A stretch of DNA of 49,174 bases from Nemertoderma westbladi (Eukaryota > Animalia > Xenacoelomorpha), in NCBI GenBank assembly GCA_032718475.1, contig JAUCBJ010000971.1:1-49174 (forward strand), in the 5' to 3' direction. Within the stretch, counting starts at the first letter, position 1. Each line of letters opens with the position of its first letter. Of the stretch, positions 13,570 through 23,950 are shown in pieces. A program made the position numbers and the translations under genes. A model generated the notes under the pieces. It was given only the letters and a program-made list of their open reading frames with translations, was not told where the DNA came from and made no database searches.

Positions 13570-14288
13570 CTAATCGGGATAAATAAACTAATAATATAGA
13601 CCTAATCGGGATAATTAGACTAATAATATAGACCTAATCGGGATAATTAGACTAATAATATAGACCTAATCGGGATAATTAGACTAATAATATAGACCTA
13701 ATCGGGATAATTAGACTAATAATATAGACCTAATCGGGATAATTAGACTAATAATATAGACCTAAACGGGATAATTAGACTAATAATATAGACCTAATCG
13801 GGATAATTAGACTAATAATATAGACCTAATCGGGATAATTAGACTAATAATATAGACCTAATCGGGATAATTAGACTAATAATATAGACCTAATCGGGAT
13901 AATTAGACTAATAATATAGACCTAATCGGGATAATTAGACTAATAATATAGACCTAATCGGGATAATTAGACTAATAATATAGACCTAAACGGGATAATT
14001 AGACTAATAATATAGACCTAATCGGGATAATTAGATTAATAATATAGACCTAATCGGGATAATTAGACTAATAATATAGACCTAATCGGGATAATTAGAC
14101 TAATAATATAGACCTAATCGGGATAATTAGACTAATAATATAGACCTAATCGGGATAATTAGACTAATAATATAGACCTAATCGGGATAATTAGACTAAT
14201 AATATAGATCTAATCGGGATAATTAGACTAATAATATAGGCCTAGACCTAATCGGGATAATTAGACTAATAATATAGACCTAATCGGG
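13565..14288. repeat. 32-bp minisatellite (TAGACCTAATCGGGATAATTAGACTAATAATA), about 22 copies, derived from the ACTL6 splice-acceptor junction
   Basis: 32-bp period (TAGACC at 13565 and 13597). On the minus strand the unit contains CCCGATTAG|GTCTA, i.e. the intron 3' end plus 5 nt of exon 2. Confidence 0.96.
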
Positions 14289-14445
14289 CGTTCGATCCCA
14301 CCTGGACGTCATTGCCGACTTTGCAAAAAGCGGTGTCCAACAAATATAGTATGATATTTAATATAGTGAGTGTATGAGTAATATAGTGATATATAGTACA
14401 ATAATAGTATGAAACCACTCGAATTCACCCATAACACCAATAATA
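14289..14445 (+). mobile_element. 5'-truncated copy of a tRNA-derived SINE
   Basis: GTTCGATCCCACCTGGACGTCATTGCCGACTTTGCAAAA...ATGAAACCACTC...TTCACCCATAACACCAATA matches the full copy at 43445-43597. Confidence 0.8.
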
Positions 14446-14469
14446 TATTATATCCTTGGCGTATAAATT

Positions 14470-15470
14470 AAACAAAACTGGCGATAGCAGATAACCTTGT
14501 TGTAATCCTCTGATGAGCTTTATCCCCTGGTCGTCAATCAAAGAGCCGAATTTTCAGTGGGTGACAGTTTGCATATAATAGGGGACACAGGGTTAGACAG
14601 AGGTGTGGAATACAGTGATTCATTAACTTCCTGAATAGTATTGTAAATTCTACATTATTTTAAAGGCCACTGACATGCCTAGCTGCCACATGAAGACACT
14701 CACACCCTTCTTCCGTTGTGCTTCCGAGATATTCAAAACGCCACTGATTATAATATCCGTCCCCCGTTTTTCGCTGGCATGCAAGCTGAGAGTTAGGAAT
14801 AAGATCAGAGATTGCAATGAATTCATGAAGAAGATCAAAATATACTCACCACATAGGAAATGGGACGATATGATGTGGTTAACAGTGGATTTCTTTCTTT
14901 GCCCTTGTAGAGACTCGTCACAATAGTCTTACCGAATGACGAGGGTACTTCACCTAGTCTAAAGCATTTATTAATGATATTGGCAAGGATTTGACAGATT
15001 ACGACACTGTCTAGAAGTAAGATGTGTTCCACCGCTAGTGAAAATGCATCTCTTTACCCAAGGCTGACAATCGCTTTTCTGATCGTTTCAGATGATATAG
15101 TAGGATGAGTGGAATCTTTCCGTAGGTTTCTGAGGTCTTCAATGATCTCATTGATCATGGAAGCATGATCAAGGAAGCATCTGTCAAAGGAAGCATCTGG
15201 AACATTATTTGATAGCATACCGTGCAGATGGTGGTGGGATACAGGAACAGGATTCGGCTTGAATGTAGTCAAAAACCTCTTAGGATTCGTTCGCATGTCC
15301 CTTGCGTGCTTCCTTATGTTGCTAGTAACTACTGATTTATCCAACCAGTTCCTTGCCCTGTGGATTGATCGTCTTTAATCTTTATCTTTATAAGCATGGC
15401 CATAGGCACTGGCACAGGAATCACTTTTATTGTTATTGGACCATAATCTGTAGAAGTTCTTGCTCGTTTT
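14470..15470 (-). pseudogene. Degenerate non-LTR retrotransposon (LINE) ORF2 fragment inside the ACTL6 intron
   Basis: Broken ORFs encode ...ISSETIRKAIVSL and EHILL...LANIINKCFRLGEVPSSFGKTIVTSLYKGK...TTSYRPIS, the pre-RT/RT domain 0-1 pattern of LINEs. Boundaries are approximate. Confidence 0.75.
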
Positions 15471-16201
15471 AATAATTCTACTACAGTACTTTATGACAAA
15501 CATTGTTGATTATATTAGGACTATTAAGTACTATCAATAATTACTACCACCAATTATATTATTGGTAGATTTACGGAACTTTGATAATAAATATCGGCCT
15601 TTTTGTGCTCTTAATACCTTGCTATACCTCATTTATCACAATTTACATTGTAATACCTGACATCTTCATTTTAAAATAAATAATAAGTAAGTAATAAATA
15701 ACCATTATTCTATCAATTATCATGCCACGCAGCAACCTGTTCCTTTCCCTTACTTAATAATAATCATTGTTAATTCGCGTGGTTGAGATATTAAATCGCC
15801 AATATGGTTTTGCGTCTATCCCCCCCCCCCCCCCCCATGTCTCCTGTGAGATGTGATTGTGAAGCGGTGATTTGCAAAAGGGTGTAACTACCAAAATGCA
15901 CAAAATGAGAACAATTGGAAAAACTAAATTACTCCAATAGCTTTCAATTTACATCAATTAAATTTTGACATAAAATTAGCTCTATTGCTTTTGCTGTTTT
16001 GGTGGGTATTAAGTAAAATAATAGCTATCCAGCATTATTATTGTCAAAAAAGATACACCTTTTTTTACAGGTGGGTACAGGGTAACTAACTCTACAGGTG
16101 GGTAACTCTACAAAACACATTAGAGACAGCCTAACAGATCTGGCACAGCTCTACTTTTTCTCGGTTATTCTCATTGTACTGTTGTATGTATAGTTACCGA
16201 C

Positions 16202-17008
16202 CTGTAAGACACTCATCTGGAAGTCCTGTAGAGTTTGCTTTAACATGTACTCCTTCCATGACTCAGTTACTTCCGGTAGGTTTTTCTTTGCCACCCAGAC
16301 TGCTTCCTCGTCGACTTTCACAGCCTCCTTCCGGGCTATCAGGTACGGGGGCACCACGTCTATCTTATTGGACTCGAGAAGTCGCCGGCACTGACTGGTA
16401 ATGAAGTCTCCACCCAGCGGGGACTTCATTACGGAGTTGGTTAGAACGTAACCGTCGTGAATGGGCACGGCTGAGGTGTGGGTAGCTCCGGAATCGACAA
16501 CTATTCCGGTAGTACGGCCGTTAGCAAAGGCAGAAAGAACCGCGTTCTTACAGACAAAGAAAGCCGGGACTTCGTACGTCTCGAATAGAACCTCAGCGAG
16601 TTTCTCGCGGTGCTGTTTGGTGGTCCACGGGGCTTCCGTCATCAGCACCGGATGTAGTTGCGATTTGGTTCGCAATTGGTAGTTGTAGATGTGGTCTAAC
16701 ATGTGTTGCAGGACGTCCCAGTTGTCTATCATACAATCCTTTATCGGCGACTCCACGGACATTCCTCTCTGGGGGACGTTCACCTGATTGAGACCGAATA
16801 CATAGCGGTTCTTAGCGATTGTGTCGGCCTCTCTGACTGTCGGACTGCCAGGGTTGTCGGTGTCCGGAGCATCCAAGAAGGAACCCGCTACGGTCGGGAA
16901 GTCCGCTGTCGGTGTATCCTGTCCGGCGTGTCCGACACGGACGGTGTGCGAACCGAGATCGAACACAACAGCTCCGACCTCGTCGCCACCATATATGCCG
17001 CCACTCAT
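16202..17008 (-). CDS. ACTL6A: Actin-like protein 6 (BAF53/Arp4), coding exon 1
   Basis: MSGGIYGGDEVGAVVFDLGSHTVRVGHAGQDTP... is the diagnostic ACTL6 N-terminus; also HPVLMTEAPW and AFANGRTTGIVVDSGATHT. Donor CAG|GTCGGT at 16202/16201 (phase 0). Spliced product is about 437 aa. Confidence 0.95.
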
Positions 17009-17349
17009 CCTAAACCAAAACCGATACCGGTATTACAATTAGTTCAGCAGTTAGTTCTGTACTTTGGTTACAGCTGTACAGCTTATCTCAGTGTAGCAGT
17101 ATCTTATCGATATCGATACCGTTACAGCCTTAGCCTACTGCAGTACTGCTTACTGGTACTGCCAGTAGAAGTAGCGCTTATTGACAAACAGTTGAAAGGT
17201 TGAGTTTACAGCATTCATATTATCAGAGGGCAGGCAGGCAGGAGTGTAATAATTAACCGTAAGACAAGCATACAGGTACCGGGCTCGAACCCGGTCCCTA
17301 AGTTTCAAACTTCCGGTTATCATCAGCCGGGTGTGTCCTAAGACAACTG

Positions 17350-17700
17350 AGTGTAAGTAGGTGTGCGCTTAGGTGGGAGGATGGGTGCAGTTAAGTAGAC
17401 GTGCTTAGGTAGGTGTGTGGGTGCGGTGAAGTAGACGTGCTTAGGTGGGTGCGGCTATGTCAGTATGTAGACGTGATCTGGTGGCGGTTAAGTGTGTGCT
17501 TAGGTGGGTGGGTACGGGTGAGTTGAGTAGGTGTGCTTAGGTGGGTGGGTACGGGTGAGTTGAGTAGGTGTGTTTAGGTGGGTGGGTACGTGTAAGTACA
17601 GTAGGTGTGCTTAGGGGGGTGGGAGGGTACGTGTAAGAAGGTATGGATTGGTATGTATGGTTAAGTAGGTGTGTAATGATAGGTGGATGGTTGTGGGTAT
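17350..17700. repeat. Degenerate GT-rich tandem repeat (GTAGGTGTGCTTAGGTGGGTGG-like, ~35-bp unit)
   Basis: Recurring GTGCTTAGGTGGGTG motif. Confidence 0.7.
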
Positions 17701-18117
17701 GTTTATAACAACTATTGAGAATCTTCCAATAGTTTATATTCGGCCAATAAAGGTGTCCTCCTATTGGTTATCCATCCATACCCCTTTTCTTTACCCCTCT
17801 TCCCCCTTTTCTTACGCGCTCTTATCCCCAGCACAGAGAAGATCTTCCCCCACTTCGTGCGCAGGACTGTATAAGATTTATTCGCTATGGGTGGAGTGGG
17901 CTATCATATTTTGGCTGGCCTTTTACAGTCACCCAAAGGAAAGTACAACGTTTAGAACGTATGTACATAGTACAACGTATCGCTATCGATGGCATTATCA
18001 AAATGTATTATAACATAATAATATATTTAATTCGCCGTCACCCACCCCACACAATTCAATATAATCAATTCATCTACATTCTCGGGCCCTTCAATTGTAT
18101 TTCTAATGGCATACTTA

Positions 18118-18972
18118 GGCCGCAGTACCCCCCCCCCCCCCCCGAACACTTTTTTAAATGTCTACAATTTCTACTGAAATTAAAATATTTTGATTTTATA
18201 CAGTATGGGCTGTTAAAATATGGCTCAACATTTGTTTTGCGAAAAATTACCACATTTCCAATCGCCCTCTAGCGGCCATTGAATGAAACAAGGTTTGCGG
18301 TTAAAATCATTTAATCTGAGGTGAAATTGTCTAAAGCCATTTTTTTTTCGAATTACGGAGGTGAGCTCCACAAAAGTTACAGGTTTTATGAAAAGCAAGT
18401 AACATTTATTAATATTTGGCAAAATATTCACAAATTTTTGGCTTTAATCCGAAAAATTGGTTGTAAAAACAGAAATATAAAAATTCCAACCGATAACTTT
18501 TAAAGAACTGCCGAAACCCTTCCGTATGAGCCAAAAATAAAGAAAATTGGTTAAAAAAGGGCGGATAGTAATTTGTAAAATTAAAATCTCATTCCGAGAT
18601 AATTATTTGCCTTCAAAGTTTAAACTTCCCGCCATAACTGGCTGTCTGTATTCTGGTTGGTTAATCATTTCTGGCATGATAGAAGCACATCACCGGGCTA
18701 AAACGATCATTATGGGGGTTTTCGGGGTCGCTGATTTCATTTCCGATGTCAGTTTTAAGGTTTGGTGGAATCTAGTCTGTCTGTCGGTTGTCTGTCTGTC
18801 TTAAAATTTGACTGACAGACAATCATACAGAAAAACAGCGATAACTCGAGAACTAAAAGACGTTTCGTTAAGCGGTTTTCAGATTTGAAATCTTCATTAA
18901 ATTCCGCTATAGATTAAATAAAAAAAGATATTTAAAATTTTGACAAGGGGGGTGGGTGGGGGTACTCCGGCC
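18118..18972. mobile_element. MITE / non-autonomous DNA transposon, probably PIF/Harbinger-like
   Basis: TIRs GGCCGCAGTACCCCC... / ...GGGGTACTCCGGCC, with TTA on both flanks (18115-18117, 18973-18975). No coding capacity. Confidence 0.7.
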
Positions 18973-19499
18973 TTAATCAGAATGCTCTATGAATTGTGCT
19001 ATTTGTGAGATATAAATACATGCATGTATTTATTGAACAGCCAAAAATAAATAAATAAATAATAAATGAGGTTGTTATCAGTCAGACAATGTTCGGAAAA
19101 TTTCTCCCAACTTGTGGGCCCCTGGCAGATGCCCCTAAATGAATAAAATGATAATAGTTAACTCACAATATTTTGTGTAACTAATAAATAAATATAATTA
19201 GATACCGCATTGTTCATAATTAGCATTTTAATGCTTGTCAATCGGTCGGGAAATGACATCACAAAGTGCTGTTTTATGAACAATGACGTCATCCATAGTT
19301 ATAATGATGACCAAAATATAAACATAACATAAATATGGCACAACACAAATAACTTACTGTCTCAGTACAGCTGAGTACAGTACAGCTCACTACAGCTGAG
19401 TACAGTACAGCTGAACATTAAAATTTAACTATAATTTAACTTTAACAACAATTGAACATGCCCAGGAATATTGTGTCTGAATTTAGTGATATGGTAACA

Positions 19500-20640
19500 C
19501 CCACCCCCCAAATTTTCCAACAAATCAATTTGAAACAGAAATAGATTCACCTCCCTCCTCCTCAATGGGTGAGTCTGTTTTTCAGAGTCTGATTTATTTT
19601 TGCTTTCATTTTTTAGCTACAAACGTTAAAAAAAGGTGTCGCGGTCGATATTGCACCAGTTACACCGCAGTTATTATTGTGATTTGTTGGTACTGTTAGA
19701 AAGCTGGCCATACAAGGAATCTAAATTTGTCATAAAAGTGCTGCATAAGATGGGGATTACGGTGATGTAAGTTTAACTGCAATGGAATCACGTACCAATA
19801 TTGTAAATTTTCACCTGTAATTTTATTACTAAAATATATGATGGATGTAATCGTATGAATTGAGGTTTAACTACATTGTAACCATACTTTATTTATTGAT
19901 GTTTATCTAGAGTGCAGTGGATTGTTTGTGTCATTTTTTGTGTACAACGGGACATTAAATTAGCCAAGGTCGTTGCTAATTAATACTAATAATTAACTGT
20001 TTTTGGGGACCAAAATCACCCAAAGCATTTTTACTACTATATATACGTAAAAATAATATATATAAAAAAATATATATATGTTCAGTGATATAATGGCAGA
20101 TATCTGCCTGATTATATATTCTAGAACATTTTGTTTAGTTATTAATAGGTAGGTACGTTACTTCGTATAATAGTTATATTATAGTTATTGCATTATTGCC
20201 CAGCTACTTAGGAAATATGCACAGCCAGATTTGTAAGTCAGAGGAAAGTACAACCCTGCTGAAGATAACAGGAATTTTGAAACCTAGGTACCGGGTTCGA
20301 GCCCCAATAGGGTAGGTTGTTATTTTTCGCTATGGAGAGCATTATCATATTGTCCTATTACATTATATATTTAATTCACCGTCACTCACCCCACAACAGT
20401 TCATTTATTATTATTAACAGTACTATAAGAATAAGGAATAGATACAGAACAACAAACTGGTGCAATATCGACTGAGACAAGTTTTTCAAACGCTTGTAGC
20501 TAAAGATTGAAAGCGAAAATAATAGTTCTGGCTCACCCAGTTAGTGGTCGGGAGGTGAAACTATCTCTGTTTCAAATTGTAATTAATGCAATCTAATTAA
20601 GATTTGTCAAAAATTAAGGGGAGGGGCGATCCTGGTCACT
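19500..20640. repeat. Pair of diverged ~160-bp inverted repeats (about 19500-19662 and 20454-20640)
   Basis: GTCGATATTGCACCAGTT vs AACTGGTGCAATATCGAC; CAATTTGAAACAGA vs TCTGTTTCAAATTG; TTTAGCTACAA vs TTGTAGCTAAA. Confidence 0.7.
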
Positions 20641-21063
20641 GAAATACTATGATTATTCTGAGCAGATTAGGGGAGGGGACTTTCGACGCAATTAAAATCC
20701 ATGCCTCTACAGGTGAAAATGTAAGCAAATAATAGCTGATTAGTCCCAAAAATACAACTGTTCTATAAAAAAATTTCCTTTTCTTTAGTTTATTGTTTCG
20801 GATTTAATAACGTGCCGCTATAACCTGCCCCTTTCCCTTCTTCATTTATAATTTAACATTGATACGAGTACGAGATATTAATTACGTCAAATTATCCCCG
20901 CCCCGCTATGTTCCGAGGCATGATGTACAAATACAATACAAATAAATAATATAATTAATATCAATTATTGGTTAAATAAACATTATAAAGCTACATTAAA
21001 TATTCTATAAGCTACAACATTGAGCTACAAAATAGATTAACGAAATGAAACCCGAATATAAAC

Positions 21064-22038
21064 TTAATCGCATTTACTTCCGCATAATTTATCGACAGTT
21101 TTCTTAACAAAATAAAATAAAACCAGACAGTAAGCGCAGAACTGTACCGCTAGGAGCGTACCGAAGTTGCCAACGTGACTGGAAACCAGGTCGGTCAGTT
21201 CTGATCTGCGACAAACGTAGTCGGAATGTATAGCGTCGAACTGAGCGACCGTGCATAGCGTTATAGTGACGTGGAACACACAATGCGAGTGGCCCAGGAT
21301 GTCAAACACACCGGGGTAGAACTTCTGAGGGACACCGCTGCCGTAGAAGAAAGTGGAGATAACTAGCCACAGAATGTGTAGATAATGGTAGCGGGCGCTG
21401 GTTGCCAGACAGCGGTCAGTGTCTGTCTGCGCGAACCAGACTAACAGCGGCACCATTATCCACACATACATGACGCCTACAGACACAATGTTACACAGGT
21501 ATTTAGCGAATGGGTAGGGGCGTTCGTAGGCCAGTTTGGCGTACATACAACCCAGTAGAGAGAATACAGCTATTACGCAGCCTACCGGTATGTAGAGACT
21601 GCTCCAGGATACAAGGAAGTCTCTAGTAGAGCTGTATGCGTAAAACGCGATCGCGCTGGACAAGCAGTAGTTCAGTATGCCGATATAGTCGCAATAAAAT
21701 GCTGTGTGGTGGATTAAATGGGATTTAGAATGAAATAAATGTGCTAAACAGGAGGTGAACATGTAGCCGCAGGTTCCCGTAACGAAGAATAGATAGGGGT
21801 AGCCGTAGGGTTCCAGGAAGTCTACCGACGTCTGGGATATAGCTATCGCTCTGGTTGCGATGTAGAGACAGGGGAGGAGATGGGTCCAGATATTGAGAGA
21901 CTCGTTGTGGATGTAGAGGATGCTCTGGATGTAGAAGAACCAGGATTTGTAGGGTTTACGGTATCCCGAGGTTATATTGCTTTCTCGGAATAATGTTGGA
22001 ACCTCAAAATGTCTTTGTGAATATTCTTGGGACCTCAT
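21064..22038 (-). CDS. PAQR7/8: PAQR family membrane progestin receptor (mPR alpha/beta, PAQR7/8-like), intronless, 324 aa
   Basis: EVPTLFRESNITSGYR, HNESLNIWTH, SCLAHLFHS, DYIGI and PQKFYPGVFDILGHSHCVFH motifs with seven hydrophobic segments. Exact orthology is not determined. Confidence 0.9.
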   Translation of the reverse strand: MRSQEYSQRHFEVPTLFRESNITSGYRKPYKSWFFYIQSILYIHNESLNIWTHLLPCLYIATRAIAISQTSVDFLEPYGYPYLFFVTGTCGYMFTSCLAHLFHSKSHLIHHTAFYCDYIGILNYCLSSAIAFYAYSSTRDFLVSWSSLYIPVGCVIAVFSLLGCMYAKLAYERPYPFAKYLCNIVSVGVMYVWIMVPLLVWFAQTDTDRCLATSARYHYLHILWLVISTFFYGSGVPQKFYPGVFDILGHSHCVFHVTITLCTVAQFDAIHSDYVCRRSELTDLVSSHVGNFGTLLAVQFCAYCLVLFYFVKKTVDKLCGSKCD

Positions 22039-22760
22039 TATGTTGTTACGGAAGAGGAAATAATACCGTAATGTTTAAAGAAAAAGTTAAATAAATTAAC
22101 TCAAAAAACTGTTTCTATATAAATAAATAATTAATCTACAGACCTGACCTAGCCACTGAGACAACCATAACATAAGATAACAGTGTACACAGGTAGACCA
22201 GTACGCCTAATGCATGTAATGCTGTAATCCAGAATCAACGTTATTTCCGTATGCTGTACAGCTGTGAGTACGGTACCGGACCGGTCTGCCTCTATGCTCT
22301 CACTACCGGTACCGGTAGGTATTGTACCTGTCGCGCCTGTGTTAATTAATTATTAGGACTATATTTAATTAATTATTATTTATTTATTATTTATTAATAA
22401 TTAACAAGTTAACTGGTCAAAGTTACCCCATTTCAGGATAACTTTGGCCCAAGCAGGAATTTAAAAAAAAATTCCAACAAGGAACTCAACTGCGCCATTA
22501 AGGTTATGCTAACTGAATTCACCGTGTTGGACTTATTGGTTTACCATATTGCCCCAACAGAGTCTTGCAAGTTATGTAAATGAAATTTGCGAAGGAATTT
22601 CGAAATTGGGCCGGATTACGGTACTGGACGGAGTGAATAATGGTAGGAAGAAGTAATTAATTAGGAATTACAATGTAAGAAAGAAACCATGCAAACACGC
22701 CAACATATTGTCAAAATTTTGATATTGTATGATATTATCAAAATCAGGATTTAGACAGAA

Positions 22761-23950
22761 TGTAAAAGCTTTTGTGGGATAACTGATACGTTTGCCTTTG
22801 CTGGCCAGTTCCCCCCCGGTCGCTAGAATACTCTCAAAGGGATTTATAACTAAAATAGTGCAAGCTACCAGCTTATTGGCTGATGTGCTGTACGGAGATA
22901 TCTGGGCTCAGTTTAATCGGCCAACCAGCTTAGAGAGGTTGCCTCTGCCCTGCTGTCCGTGTCGGCCAATAGAATTTGCGTGGGCGTTGATTTCGACCTA
23001 TCCCAGAGCTACTGAACTGAATTTCCTATCTCTATGCTCATCCTCTGTGTTGAACGGGAGCTTCGTGGAATAAGGGTAGTTGGTATCCTCGTATAGTTAT
23101 TCTAGTCATATGATTCTTCATATGATTCTGTTGTTATGTTCCCATTTTTCGCCATAACACCGGCTTTTGGGAAGAACTCCAGTAAAACTGCTTAAATTAT
23201 CGAAAGTATAACTGTTACCGGCGGTCTTACCTAACTCACTTAATTTAACTGCACTAATCATATTTTTGTACTGTTATTTACCGTCAGTTATTAATTGTAT
23301 CTAGTTGTTGATGAAATATTGCCCTTTGGAGAATACGGATAAATCACCCAAATTTCCCAATTTTCTTGATACACTACAGGTTAGAGAGACGGGCTATATA
23401 TAACAATTGCGATTTATATTAATGTGGTGTGTATTGAATCTGATGTTATTTAGCAGACCCTACATGAGTCAATTGCTGCTCTCTTTATGTGTGATCAAAT
23501 ATACTGACGGTCGGCAGAATAGTGTGCATGATTGTGAGTGGTAACAAAGTATTTCCTAAAGAATACGCCTTATACTTTAATCATAAGCGGTATCGTTGCG
23601 TTTAGTATAAGTCCTAGTTCTGTTTAAATAGATAGAGCGCCACGTCCTAAAGGAACTGTTAATATTTCCCGAAAGCCAATAATATCTGTCAGAGATTAAT
23701 TATTAACGATCTATCGAATAATACAGTAGGTTTACACTGCAACCTTACACTGCAATAATAAAATTTAAGCATCCGAATTCAGCCTCCCGGGTGTAGATCC
23801 ATCGGGTGAATGATCGCGCATGGGCTGGCTTCGGCTAATGTTTTGTGTATTAGCATAAAATATTGTCGTATGCTAAAGGTGTTTTAATTAACTAAAAGAC
23901 ATATAAATTTTGGCAGGTTAAACTGCTAAAGGTCTTCAAAAGCGCGAACA
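22761..23950 (+). repeat. 5' LTR of BEL/Pao element 1
   Basis: TGTAAAAGC...GCGCGAACA, direct repeat of 34416-35605. Confidence 0.96.

Noticed and set aside
16151-16201. C-terminal VGNYTYNSTMRITEKK of the 285-aa ORF as real coding sequence
   Set aside because: It is read-through into the intron; ACTL6 homology resumes at 13569 after a canonical GT-AG intron.
22792-23073. 93-aa ORF in both LTRs (also 34447-34728)
   Set aside because: TTG start and no recognisable motif; it is identical only because the LTRs are young copies.
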